Of a DNA stretch of 64,000 nt, positions 1 to 9,559 are shown one piece after another. How positions within the stretch are numbered: the stretch's first letter is position 1; each line of letters opens with the position of its first letter. The notes beneath the pieces were generated by a model. That model had not been told where the DNA came from. It did not search any database and saw only the letters and a program-made list of their open reading frames with translations. The position numbers were made by a program, and so were the translations under genes. The stretch is from an uncultured Rhodospirillaceae bacterium (lineage in GTDB: Bacteria; Pseudomonadota; Alphaproteobacteria; MPNO01; UBA830). The DNA lies in assembly GCA_963977005.1 (NCBI GenBank), contig CAXBMQ010000001.1, positions 347,888 through 411,887 of the forward strand. Direction: 5' to 3'.

Positions 1-250
1 AACGCCGACCTCTACGAAATCGCCCGGCAGGTTGAGCGACATTTCGTATAGCTGCGCGTGGGCAAGAAATTTTCCGAAGCGGCGTGGGTCGCTGTGGAGA
101 TAAAAATCGTTTTCGGATTCGTGAAAAATCATTCCTGGCTTCTTTTCTCAGGCAATTTTTGGGAACGACACGGATATGGCTGGTGTCGGGCGGGCTGAAA
201 GAGCGGCGGGGTCAAACCACGCATAGTGGAAAGTCCCCCATTCCCGGTCG

Positions 251-1807
251 CTATGCGACCTTCGTACTCTTTTTCTTCACCGGGTCCTCGAAAATCGTCG
301 ATGGGGCGCCGTCCGGGATGTTGTGGTTAGCCCGCCAGATTTTTTCGTACATGTCGATCTGGCGGTGATCGCTCTTAACCATCATTTCGCGAAGACCGGC
401 AAGTTCCACGGCATTGAAGTTGTGCGAGATAATGACCGAGATGTCGCTCGCATCGCCAAGGTCCATGATATAGGCCTCAAGATCCCCGTCATACTGTTCC
501 ATGATCCAGTCGCGGTAGACCGTAAACCATTCCGACCCCGGGTACGGCGTTGCGAAATGGGGCTTAACGTTGATCCCGTATTTGTCCCAGGCGTCGATAT
601 TGGCGCGCAGGGAATCGAAATCCTCGTTGGGGAAACCGATGATCAGGTTCGGGATCGGGCGGATACCGGCCTCCAGCGTCCAGAAAAAACTGCGGACATT
701 GTGCTTCAGGGTCGCGCCCTTGCCGATGGTTTTCAACACATGCGGCGCAAACGATTCATACCCGTAGACGAGATGCGAACATCCCGCGGCGCGCATCGTC
801 TTGAGTATTTCCTGCGAGCACAGGGACGCATGACTGGTGCCGCCCCAGTGAACGCCTTCCCAGGTGCCGTCGTCTTTCTGAACCGGCGCAAGCCCGTTTT
901 CATGCCAGAGCCTGCAGATTTCCGTCAGCCAGGTTTCCCTGGAATAACGGTGCATCGTCATGAGGTTCTCGTCGAGGAAAGTGACGAAATTGATCTGGTA
1001 CTTGTCGTACATATGCCGGACCATCTTCACGATGTATTCCGGGCTGTGATACCGGACGGTCCGCGTATAGTTTCCGGGCTGGTCGAACGCGACCTGCATA
1101 TCGCCGTTGTCATCTGCTTCGTAGCGCATGTCGCCGGCGATACCCAGATGATAGCAGTATCGGCAGATCATCGAGCAGCCGTAACTGGCATTGATATCCA
1201 GCCGCCGGGTCGCCAGCATGCCTTCCTCGGAATAAAGCGACATGCTGTTTGGCAGATAAACCTCTTCGATCGGAAAGAGGTCCCACGCCGGATAAGGCAA
1301 CGAGTCGAGGTCCATCAACAGATCGCGCGGCGGGCTGAAGCTGATCTCGCCGCCCGGCTTGCGGTATATCAGACCGTTGATCGTTGCCCAGTTGTCTTCT
1401 CCGCGGTCGATCATGGCCAATAGTTCGGGGAATGTGATAAATGCCTCGCCAACAACCCCGATATCGACTTCGGGCAACCAGGTCAGCATTTCGCGGGGCA
1501 GCGACGTGATAATCCCGCCGCCAAGCACGATTGTTGCATCGGGGCTGACTTCCCGGGCGATGCGAACAATGCTTTTTACCGAGTTATAGGCCGTCGTGAT
1601 TCCACCGAGTGCGATCACATCCCAGTCTTCGGCGTCAAAGACCTCGCGCAGCGTATCTTCCCCGAGCCGCCAGGCATTCTCGTCGTACACCTGGACCTGA
1701 TGGCCATGGTCCATCGCAATCGCCGCCAAAAGGGCAATTCCATAGGGCACATGCTTGGGATCGTCTTCCTGACGCACCATGGGATTCACGAGAAGAAGTT
1801 TTGTCAT
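251..1807 (-). CDS. B12-binding domain / radical SAM protein (class B radical SAM, probable methyltransferase-type tailoring enzyme)
   Basis: 518 aa ORF. N-terminal cobalamin-binding-like Rossmann segment, then a CxxxCxxC radical SAM cluster motif (CSMICRYC). Last gene of the minus-strand sugar operon. Confidence 0.75.
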   Translation of the reverse strand: MTKLLLVNPMVRQEDDPKHVPYGIALLAAIAMDHGHQVQVYDENAWRLGEDTLREVFDAEDWDVIALGGITTAYNSVKSIVRIAREVSPDATIVLGGGIITSLPREMLTWLPEVDIGVVGEAFITFPELLAMIDRGEDNWATINGLIYRKPGGEISFSPPRDLLMDLDSLPYPAWDLFPIEEVYLPNSMSLYSEEGMLATRRLDINASYGCSMICRYCYHLGIAGDMRYEADDNGDMQVAFDQPGNYTRTVRYHSPEYIVKMVRHMYDKYQINFVTFLDENLMTMHRYSRETWLTEICRLWHENGLAPVQKDDGTWEGVHWGGTSHASLCSQEILKTMRAAGCSHLVYGYESFAPHVLKTIGKGATLKHNVRSFFWTLEAGIRPIPNLIIGFPNEDFDSLRANIDAWDKYGINVKPHFATPYPGSEWFTVYRDWIMEQYDGDLEAYIMDLGDASDISVIISHNFNAVELAGLREMMVKSDHRQIDMYEKIWRANHNIPDGAPSTIFEDPVKKKSTKVA

Positions 1808-1873
1808 GATGTCACTCTAGGCCTTTCATCCGCTCCGGCAGTGGCAGCGGACCTGTTGATTCCCTGTCAGCGA

Positions 1874-2914
1874 TCAGCCGGCAGCGTGTTGATGGAGAAA
1901 TTCCCGCAACGGGACAACCGTGACGGCATCGCCGAAAAGGATACCGCCTTCCGTGCAGTTGAAAGTTTCGCAGTCGGCATCCCGGGCCATTTCGAGGAAG
2001 CATTCGCGATACCAGAGATAGGCCGGGTCTGTGTAAAACCAGGCATCTTCGAACGGGTTGTGGATACGCACATACAAAGCATCCAGATTCTCTTCGCCCA
2101 CAAGCTCTACGGCTTCGTAATAGTACTGTGTATTGAAGTAAGGCGTGTCGTCGTAATAGGCAAAATCGATCCCCGTGAGGGCAACCCGTTTCTTTTCGAG
2201 CAGGACATCCGCCATCATCCACGACGCCGTGCCGACATTGCCGCCCGCATTGATCGTCGGAAAACCGTTTTCCTGCATCAACTTCGCGGCAACGCTTTCG
2301 TCCCCGTCGGGATCATCGAGCATCGGGTTCCACCAGAAGATGTTCATGCCGGAGTCGAGCACCCTGTTCACCAGAGCTTCCGATGCCATTGTCGACAGGG
2401 CAATGTTGATATCCTTGCCATGCCTGTTCACCAGTTCGAGAATTTCGTCGTTGGCGCGCATCTCCGATGCGAATGCATCGTCCTGGTCCTGACGGGAAAA
2501 GTAATCGTCCGCCTTTAGTTTCTCCTCCGTCAGATCGGGGTCACCGAGCCAGCGAACGACACGCGTCGCATGTGGATCGATCGTCACCGCCAGGTGCGGA
2601 ATTATTCCGTTCCGAAGGCTGTAAGAGATCGCGGATTCGGTGGCGATGACCGTTCCACGATAGTTCGTTTCGCGCAGCGCGCCTGCGGGGTCTTTTCTTT
2701 TCACCGACGGCCCGGCCGCAATAACGACCGCGCTGTCGCCCTCGCCGAGCGGCGCGCCCCGCAGGGCGGCAAGCGATTCGCCACGATCAAAGTGTGCGGC
2801 GTTTCTCCGCGCATTGTCGAGCGCCATCTGACCGTGCCGATCCCAGGTCATCTGCCCCTGGATGTCCAGCAGTTTATAGGCCAGTTCGCCGGCTTTTTCC
2901 GGTATATCGGGCAT
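1874..2914 (-). CDS. DUF115 / MptE-like protein (motility accessory factor Maf-like putative glycosyltransferase)
   Basis: 346 aa. Resembles the 6-hydroxymethylpterin diphosphokinase MptE-like/DUF115 family that co-occurs with pseudaminic/legionaminic acid genes. Operonic with the nonulosonic-acid genes. Confidence 0.55.
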   Translation of the reverse strand: MPDIPEKAGELAYKLLDIQGQMTWDRHGQMALDNARRNAAHFDRGESLAALRGAPLGEGDSAVVIAAGPSVKRKDPAGALRETNYRGTVIATESAISYSLRNGIIPHLAVTIDPHATRVVRWLGDPDLTEEKLKADDYFSRQDQDDAFASEMRANDEILELVNRHGKDINIALSTMASEALVNRVLDSGMNIFWWNPMLDDPDGDESVAAKLMQENGFPTINAGGNVGTASWMMADVLLEKKRVALTGIDFAYYDDTPYFNTQYYYEAVELVGEENLDALYVRIHNPFEDAWFYTDPAYLWYRECFLEMARDADCETFNCTEGGILFGDAVTVVPLREFLHQHAAG

Positions 2915-2958
2915 AGGCGTTTATGCGAAAGCGGTCGGAGTTGCCGAATGCGGAAGTG

Positions 2959-3129
2959 TCAGGACTTGTCCTCGTCGGCCCATTTGACCTTTTTCTTGGA
3001 CACGAACGAAATCGATCCGCCGAGTTTCTTGAGCACTTCGCGCTCGAACCGGTCTTCGAGACTTTCCTCTTCGTCGGACTTCACGACATCTTTCCGGGTT
3101 TTGAAATTTCCCTTCAATACGCTTGGCAT
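2959..3129 (-). CDS. small lysine/glutamate-rich hypothetical protein (56 aa)
   Basis: Internal ATG at 3129 (minus) sits 8 nt after a strong AGGAG-type RBS. Highly charged KE-rich product. Lies between the SDR and Maf-like genes. Confidence 0.4.
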   Translation of the reverse strand: MPSVLKGNFKTRKDVVKSDEEESLEDRFEREVLKKLGGSISFVSKKKVKWADEDKS

Positions 3130-3154
3130 ATTCGTTCTCCTTGGTTTGCAGTGA

Positions 3155-3991
3155 TTACCATGCCGTCCAGCCGCCATCGACGATGACTTCCTGCCCGGTC
3201 ATGTAGCTTGATGCATCGGACGCCAGAAACACCACGGCTCCCACCATCTCGTCGCGATGCGCCATCCGGCCGAGCGGCACCCGGCTGGCGTAGTTGGCCT
3301 TGAACGTCTCGTTCTGGCCGCTTTCAATCCCGCCGGGCACCAGTGTGTTCACACGGATACCATGCGGCGCCCAATAAGTGGCGAGGTATTTGGTCAGGCC
3401 GACAACGGCGGCCTTGGACGCGGCATAGACCGGCGGCGTATTGATCTGATGACCGAGATATTCCGATCCCTCATAAATCCGCGGGTCCGGGCCGACCAGA
3501 CCGTAAGTCGAAGACGTCTGGATGATACTTCCGCCCCGACCGCGGTCGATCATGGATTTTCCCACCGACTGGGCGACAAGGAACAATCCGTCCAGGTTGA
3601 CCGACATGATGTCGCGCCACACCGAGAATTTGAGATCCTCGGCAGGGGTGAAGAAGTCGGCAACGTTCTCCGTCTTGCCGGCCGCATTGTTGTGCAGAAT
3701 ATCGACTCCGCCGAACGTGTCGCAGACACTTTTCGTCATCGACGTCACCGCATCGGGGTCGGCAACATCGCATTCCACGCCGAGGGTTTCGACACCGTAT
3801 TCCCGGGCAATTTCGTCGGCCAGCTTTGCCGCCGCCTCACCGGCAATATCGACGCAGGCGACCTTCGCACCGAAACCGGCAAGCCCTCGGGTAATGCGCG
3901 CACCCTGAATGCCGGCAGCACCGGTTACCAGCGCGACCTTGTCGGTCAGGTCAAACAGATCGCGGTTGAGTTTCTTTTCCTGTGACATCAC
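3155..3991 (-). CDS. short-chain dehydrogenase/reductase (PtmA-like)
   Basis: 278 aa. TGAAGIQG Rossmann motif near the N-terminus and SDR catalytic region. 4-bp overlap with the upstream cytidylyltransferase gene. Confidence 0.8.
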   Translation of the reverse strand: MMSQEKKLNRDLFDLTDKVALVTGAAGIQGARITRGLAGFGAKVACVDIAGEAAAKLADEIAREYGVETLGVECDVADPDAVTSMTKSVCDTFGGVDILHNNAAGKTENVADFFTPAEDLKFSVWRDIMSVNLDGLFLVAQSVGKSMIDRGRGGSIIQTSSTYGLVGPDPRIYEGSEYLGHQINTPPVYAASKAAVVGLTKYLATYWAPHGIRVNTLVPGGIESGQNETFKANYASRVPLGRMAHRDEMVGAVVFLASDASSYMTGQEVIVDGGWTAW

Positions 3992-4686
3992 GCACCCTGT
4001 TTCATCAGAAGTTCGACGAACTGAAAATCGATCGGCGTATCGATGTCGTGCGAACGTTCGTCCGGCATCTCGTAGAGAAGCGTATCCGGATAAAAAACAT
4101 CCATGTGATCAAAGAACGCATCGCGTCGCCAGACATAGACGGCGGCATTCATGTCAAAGACGGGCGGGCAATCCTGGCGCCGGTCCAGGCGGCCGCCATC
4201 GGGGCGGATACACAGATCGACGTGCCCGTCCGGCAATTGCTGCACCATGTTGAAATACGGGTTTTTACGGGCGGCGGCCCCCGTGATTACGTTTGTGACG
4301 CCCCTGGATTCCATCAGTTCAACCGCGCCACGAATATCATCCGCCGTCCGTAGCGGCGATGTGACGTCGATATCGACAATCGTATCGAAGCTGGCCCCTG
4401 AAACGTTTTCCACCGCCTCGACACAGTGCCGGATTGCGGGAAGCTTCGATGCGGTATCGTCCGCCATTTCCGCGGGGCGTCGTATCAGATGCGCGGCTCC
4501 CCATGTTTCAGCCGCCCGGAGAATTTCCTCGGAATCGCTGCTGATTGCGATTTCATCGAAAATCCCGGCGTCCTGCGCCTGGGCGATCGAATGGGCGATC
4601 AGAGGTCTTCCCGCTAGTTCCCGGAGATTCTTGCCGGGCAGGCCCTTGCTGCCGCCGCGGGCGCATATCGTGCAGATTCGTCTCAT
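3988..4686 (-). CDS. acylneuraminate cytidylyltransferase family (CMP-nonulosonic acid synthetase, NeuA/LegF/PtmB-like)
   Basis: CARGGSKGLPGKN cytidylyltransferase motif. Start taken at MRRICTICARGGSKG (ATGA overlap with the upstream gene); the longer 260 aa ORF has an Arg-rich N-extension that is probably not real. Confidence 0.8.
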   Translation of the reverse strand: MRRICTICARGGSKGLPGKNLRELAGRPLIAHSIAQAQDAGIFDEIAISSDSEEILRAAETWGAAHLIRRPAEMADDTASKLPAIRHCVEAVENVSGASFDTIVDIDVTSPLRTADDIRGAVELMESRGVTNVITGAAARKNPYFNMVQQLPDGHVDLCIRPDGGRLDRRQDCPPVFDMNAAVYVWRRDAFFDHMDVFYPDTLLYEMPDERSHDIDTPIDFQFVELLMKQGA

Positions 4687-5597
4687 GCGCCGATCCAGAC
4701 CCGGTCTGTCGATGCGCGTTCGGCATTCGCGATCATCGCGTTGACCACCTGTCCGCCGGGCAGCGGGCACAGAATTTCTGCATCGTTATTCAGAACCGCC
4801 TGTAATTGCGCCAGATAGGACTCGTTCCGCTCGCTCGGAACGGTAATTGTCCGGTCTCCATCGGTCAGGGTCGAGGCGGCGAAGTCGGCACAGAGCGTCC
4901 CGGCATCGGTCTGCGCGACCAGTGTCCGCCGAAGCCGGCTATCGAGATAATTGGTCGTTACGGTCGCCACGGGGCAGTTCTCCAGTTCGAGCAACAGCGA
5001 AAAGACATCTTCGCTGTCGATTTCGAGATCGCTGACCTTGCCCCCCAGCGCCGTCATCATCTTGGGAGGGCCGCCCAGCCACGACACAAGGTCGAGTTCG
5101 TGGCACAGGTCTCTCAACACGCCGCCGCCCTGCGCCTTGTGAGCAGAATATCCGGTCCGGTAGTCCGCGCCGGGGCGCCAGTCGGGCAGGTATTGTCCGA
5201 CATAGGCATGTAATGAAAATATCCGGCGTGCCGCCAGGGCTTTGCGGAAAGCCTGTACAAGCGGGTGAAACCGCATGTTGAACGCCACATATGCGTACGC
5301 GAAATCATGCGCCGGCAGCGGGTAATCCCCGTCGAACAGGGGTTTTTCCACCAACACCGCGCCGCGATACCCGGCGGCACCCAATGCGCCGAAATCGGCG
5401 TAATGCTCATTCGTCCGGCTGGCGATGACGACAAGATCGGGAACCCCGTCATTAAGAGCATCTTCAAGCGCCGCGAACCGGTGCGGGTGATCGACAAGGC
5501 GGCGGCTGACAACGGCGACCCGGAGACCCAGTTGGTCGAGCAACAGCGCGTGACGCGCACCGATCGAGCCATACCCGATGACAATCGCGGTCTTCAT
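4683..5597 (-). CDS. Gfo/Idh/MocA family oxidoreductase (PtmF-like)
   Basis: 304 aa. N-terminal Rossmann fold (IGYGSIGARH). Operonic overlaps on both sides. Confidence 0.75.
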   Translation of the reverse strand: MKTAIVIGYGSIGARHALLLDQLGLRVAVVSRRLVDHPHRFAALEDALNDGVPDLVVIASRTNEHYADFGALGAAGYRGAVLVEKPLFDGDYPLPAHDFAYAYVAFNMRFHPLVQAFRKALAARRIFSLHAYVGQYLPDWRPGADYRTGYSAHKAQGGGVLRDLCHELDLVSWLGGPPKMMTALGGKVSDLEIDSEDVFSLLLELENCPVATVTTNYLDSRLRRTLVAQTDAGTLCADFAASTLTDGDRTITVPSERNESYLAQLQAVLNNDAEILCPLPGGQVVNAMIANAERASTDRVWIGA

Positions 5598-6664
5598 TCG
5601 CCAAACACATCTTCATATTCCAGGCGCGCCAGATCCAGATCGTCGATCCGACCGACATCGAGCCAGTATTCCTTGACCGGAAAGACGGATGCCCGCTCGC
5701 CCTTTGAAATCAGGTTTTCGAACAATGTGGTCATATCGAAATAGGCGTTTTCCGGAATCGTATCCAAGAGCTCCGGGTTGAGGACATAAATCCCGGCATT
5801 GACGAAAAACTGCTGAACCGGCTTTTCGACAATGGATTTTACAAACTGGTTTTCCAGTTCGACGACCCCGAACGGTACCTGGAAATCGTATTCCCGGACG
5901 CACATCGTCGCGGCGGCGCCCTCCTGCAGGTGAAAATCCAGCAAGGCATCGAAATCGACCCTGGTCAGAAGATCGCCGTTCATGACGATGATCGGGCCCG
6001 TTGGCCGTTCTTCGATCAATCCCAACGCACCTGCCGTACCCAGTTTGGTCTTCTCTTCCAGATACCGGATTTCTGCGTTCCATGCGCTGCCGTCGCCAAA
6101 ATGATTCCGGATCAGGTGCGCCTTGTAGTTCACCGCGAAATAGAACCGCCTGAAATTATACCGCTGGAAGTTTTCGACAATCGTTTCTAGCAGCGGTTTG
6201 CTTCCGATCGGCAGGAGCGGTTTGGGCATTGCCTCGGTCAAGGGGCGCAGACGTTTCCCTAGGCCCCCGGCCATGATCACCACCCAGTTTTCGACAGGCG
6301 CCTGTGGTTCCAGCAGGGAGTCGAGATGCACGATGGATACGACGCGATTGTCCGCATCCAGCACAGGCAACGCCCGGACCTTGTGCTGCCGCATTTTGGC
6401 GACCATCGCCTCTTCGGAATCCGACACTTGCGCGACATAAGGGGATTTCTGCATCACCGTCGCAACATGGGCTTCGAGAATATCCACCTTGCTGAGGATG
6501 GCGCGGCGAATATCGCCGTCGGTCACCGTACCCAGAAGGCGGTCGTCCGAATCCACGACCACGCTGATCTGGCGGCGCCCGTTCGTGATCGTCTCCATCG
6601 TGTCGATCAGCGTGGTTTCGGGGCGTACCGAAATCTGTCGCCAGTTTGCCTGATCTTCAGTCAT
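5594..6664 (-). CDS. CBS-domain sugar-phosphate nucleotidyltransferase (PtmE-like)
   Basis: Tandem CBS-like segments are followed by an NTP-transferase core (VIMAGGLGKRLRPLT). Start chosen at MTEDQ to avoid overlapping the downstream acetyltransferase gene. Confidence 0.8.
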   Translation of the reverse strand: MTEDQANWRQISVRPETTLIDTMETITNGRRQISVVVDSDDRLLGTVTDGDIRRAILSKVDILEAHVATVMQKSPYVAQVSDSEEAMVAKMRQHKVRALPVLDADNRVVSIVHLDSLLEPQAPVENWVVIMAGGLGKRLRPLTEAMPKPLLPIGSKPLLETIVENFQRYNFRRFYFAVNYKAHLIRNHFGDGSAWNAEIRYLEEKTKLGTAGALGLIEERPTGPIIVMNGDLLTRVDFDALLDFHLQEGAAATMCVREYDFQVPFGVVELENQFVKSIVEKPVQQFFVNAGIYVLNPELLDTIPENAYFDMTTLFENLISKGERASVFPVKEYWLDVGRIDDLDLARLEYEDVFGE

Positions 6665-7313
6665 CTGCCGGTTCCTGATCTCCTGCAGCTTCTCCGGCCG
6701 CCCGGGCATTTACACCATCTTTCAGATCGCGCGAGACAGCTGCGCCGGCGTTAATCCTGCAGTTTTTTCCCACGGTCACGCCGGGTGTGACGACCGCGGC
6801 AGCGCCGACGAGGGAGTTGCCGCCGATCGTGACATTGCCGCAGAGTGTCGCGCCAGGGGCTACGTGGGCAAAGGGTGCGATGATGCAATCATGATCGACA
6901 CGCGCACCGGTATTGACGATTGCGCCGCTACCGATGCGGCTCCCGGGCTGGATAACTGCCCCGGCCATGATCTGGGCACCGTCTTCCAGGATTACATCCG
7001 GTGCAATCACCGCGGACGGATGAATCAGTGTGACCGCCCGATAACCCCTGGCGGCAAATTTCGCCCATATCGAATGCCGGGTGTCGCCAAGCCGCGGCGC
7101 ACCGACACCCAGTACGATATCGAGATCGTCAGGCGAATACCTGTCGAGATACGCATCGCCGCCGACAATCGGGACGCCGCCAAGCGTATCGCCTTCATCA
7201 TGCGCATCGGCAGTCAGCGCAAAGAGCACATTGCGCTGCATCTTCTGCAAGACATCGACGGCGACCCGGGCGTGGCCACCGGTACCTATCAGTGCGCAGG
7301 GCCTGGCCGTCAT
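6657..7313 (-). CDS. hexapeptide-repeat sugar N-acetyltransferase (NeuD/PglD/LegH family)
   Basis: 218 aa. Left-handed beta-helix hexapeptide repeats (IGxxxxI/V) with an N-terminal Rossmann-like region typical of PglD/NeuD. Confidence 0.8.
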   Translation of the reverse strand: MTARPCALIGTGGHARVAVDVLQKMQRNVLFALTADAHDEGDTLGGVPIVGGDAYLDRYSPDDLDIVLGVGAPRLGDTRHSIWAKFAARGYRAVTLIHPSAVIAPDVILEDGAQIMAGAVIQPGSRIGSGAIVNTGARVDHDCIIAPFAHVAPGATLCGNVTIGGNSLVGAAAVVTPGVTVGKNCRINAGAAVSRDLKDGVNARAAGEAAGDQEPADD

Positions 7314-8392
7314 TCGTCCAGTGCCTCACCCGCATTCATCGACCGGGCAGCGCGGGTACCGAGGAATTCCCAGTAACGCATCGGCGAGATACCGCCTCCC
7401 GGACGCAATGCCCCCAGATTGGCTTCGGTAAAAACGTCGCCGGCGTCGACCGGCTGCAGGGCGACAAGGCTGCGGCGGGCGACGGCCATATTCGCCTGCT
7501 CCGAAGGCTTCGGTTCTTTCAACCCCTTTCCCAAAGCCGCCTCGACCTCCCGGATCGACGTGATCATTTTCGACAGATCCGCCGGTTCGAGCGAGGCGCG
7601 GTGGTCGGGGCCGGGGAGAGTCACGTCCATCGTGAAGTGCTTTTCGATGACTTCAGCGCCCAGGGCGGCAGCCGCCACCGGCACCGCGATACCGGCACTG
7701 TGATCCGACAATCCGACAGGAAGCCCGAAACCGGCGGAGAGCGTTCCCATGGCGTTCAAATCGATATCCGCGAACGGGGCAGGATATTCGGTCGTACAAT
7801 GCAGAAGCGTCACCTTGTCAGCGAGCCGGCGTTTCCCGTCCCCGGAAGCATATGCCGCCTCGAACGCGGCCTGCGCCGGCGTCTCAAAGCCCAGGTAACC
7901 AAAAGCAAGCACGCCCAGCGCCTGAGCGATTTCGTCCATGTTGGCCATGCCGGTCGACAGGATGGCGGGCAACCCGGTCCGTGCAGCCGCCAGCAGCAGA
8001 GGACCGTTGGTCAATTCGCCCGAAGGAATCTTTATCCGGTCGATCTCCACATCCCCGACCAGAAAATCGAGACTTTCACGATCGAATGCGGTGGACATAA
8101 AGACCAGCCCCCGGTCCTGTGCACGCCGTTTCAGATCCTGATGCCATTCCCGGGGGAGCTCGAGCTTTTTCAGCAAATCGACATGCGATTCCGCCGGGTC
8201 CGTGGTCTTCGTCTGATAGACCGCTTTCCGGGCCGTGCCGCTGGCCACGGCATCGGCCCGAAATGTCTGAAATTTGATCGCGTCGGCACCGGCAACGGCC
8301 GCCGCATCAACAAGCCCGCGCGCCATATCCAGATCGCCATTGTGATTGACGCCCGCCTCGGCAATGACGAAAACGCCCATGTCAGCCGACAC
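7310..8392 (-). CDS. neuB: N-acetylneuraminate synthase family (NeuB/LegI-like nonulosonic acid synthase)
   Basis: NeuB TIM-barrel motifs (IAEAGVNHNGD, KFQTF) and a C-terminal SAF domain. Confidence 0.85.
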   Translation of the reverse strand: MSADMGVFVIAEAGVNHNGDLDMARGLVDAAAVAGADAIKFQTFRADAVASGTARKAVYQTKTTDPAESHVDLLKKLELPREWHQDLKRRAQDRGLVFMSTAFDRESLDFLVGDVEIDRIKIPSGELTNGPLLLAAARTGLPAILSTGMANMDEIAQALGVLAFGYLGFETPAQAAFEAAYASGDGKRRLADKVTLLHCTTEYPAPFADIDLNAMGTLSAGFGLPVGLSDHSAGIAVPVAAAALGAEVIEKHFTMDVTLPGPDHRASLEPADLSKMITSIREVEAALGKGLKEPKPSEQANMAVARRSLVALQPVDAGDVFTEANLGALRPGGGISPMRYWEFLGTRAARSMNAGEALDE

Positions 8393-9553
8393 ATCCGTGC
8401 TTGAGATCGTAGAACGGCTTCTTTCCGAAATGAGCCAGGTCTGCTGATTTCAGGACCGGGAGAATCCTGTCCGCGGCGCCGCCGTTTCCATAGGGCGACA
8501 CCATGCCCTTTAGCGTATTGCGAAATGCCCGCGTCTGCGATTTCTCCACCGCCGCCCGTATCTCGGCACGCGTCGGTCCGCAATCCAGAATACTCTGCGC
8601 CCGCAACCGGCCTTTCTGGCGATCGCCGATATTGATCGTCGGCACGGGAAAAGCCGGCGCTTCGATTATACCGCTGGATGAGTTGCCGATGACCGCGGCG
8701 CTATGCGACATCGCGCTCAGATAGTTCATCTGACCCAGAGATTGCCTCAGCAGAACCCTTTCCGGGTTGGCGCGCGCGAAATCGTCCAGCCGGGACGATA
8801 TCGCCGAATGTCCCGGATCGGCATTCACCCCGGTAACGACAAGCCTGTGTTGGGGGAAATCTTCCAGCGCGGCGAGTAGCTCCCCGATAGCCGCCGTGGG
8901 GGAGAGATCGCCCAGCGTTTCAGGATGATAGGTGATGAGAAAAAAATCATCTTCGAGCGAAAAACCGATTGCTGCCGACAAAGCCGACCGGTCGGAAAGT
9001 TCGCGCATGAAAATATTGTCCAGGCCTATGGCACCGCTATTCCAGACGCGGTCGGGATGTTCGCCCGTCTGGATGACACGTTGCCGGTACGGCTCGGCGG
9101 CGGTGAAGTGCAGGTAGGACATTTTGGTTATGGCATGGCGCATCGCATCGTCGAGCGCGCCTTCTGTTACTTCCCCGCCATGAATATGAGCGATGGGAAT
9201 CCGCGACAGAAGGGCTGCTTGTGCGGCCGCCAATATTTCATACCGGTCGCCCAACAGCACAACGACATCGGGCCGAAGGTTCGCGAAGCATTCGGCCACC
9301 CCGGTCAGCGCGCGCGCCATGGCACCTGCAACCTCGACCGGTGAATCTCCGGCAATGTCGAGCGGCACTTTGCCATCGATGGAAAATCCGTCCTCTTCGA
9401 TAAACCGAGCGGTTGCGCCGAAGGACATATCGAGATGCGTGCCGGTCACGATGACCTGGATTTCAAGATCCGCATCGCCCGCGACTTTTTTCATAAGCGG
9501 AAAAAGCAGCCCGTAATCGGCGCGCGACCCCGTAACGAAACAGATTTTGCGCA
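8382..9553 (-). CDS. neuC: UDP-N-acetylglucosamine 2-epimerase (hydrolysing), NeuC/LegG-like
   Basis: KICFVTGSRADYG start region and HGGE active-site motif typical of NeuC. The ORF-track N-terminus (to 9722) overlaps the upstream aminotransferase stop, so the true start is probably a CTG/TTG near 9553-9563. Confidence 0.75.
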
Positions 9554-9559
9554 ATTGCT

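Noticed and set aside
323-1423. Long plus-strand ORF (366 aa) antisense to the radical SAM gene, plus similar long antisense ORFs elsewhere (1700..2518, 15949..17385, 22232..24184, 36698..38158, 38966..41503, 55891..58041, 63137..63877).
   Set aside because: High-GC genomes generate long open frames on the opposite strand of real genes. These have Arg/Pro/Gly-rich low-complexity translations and no motifs, and they fully overlap well-supported genes.
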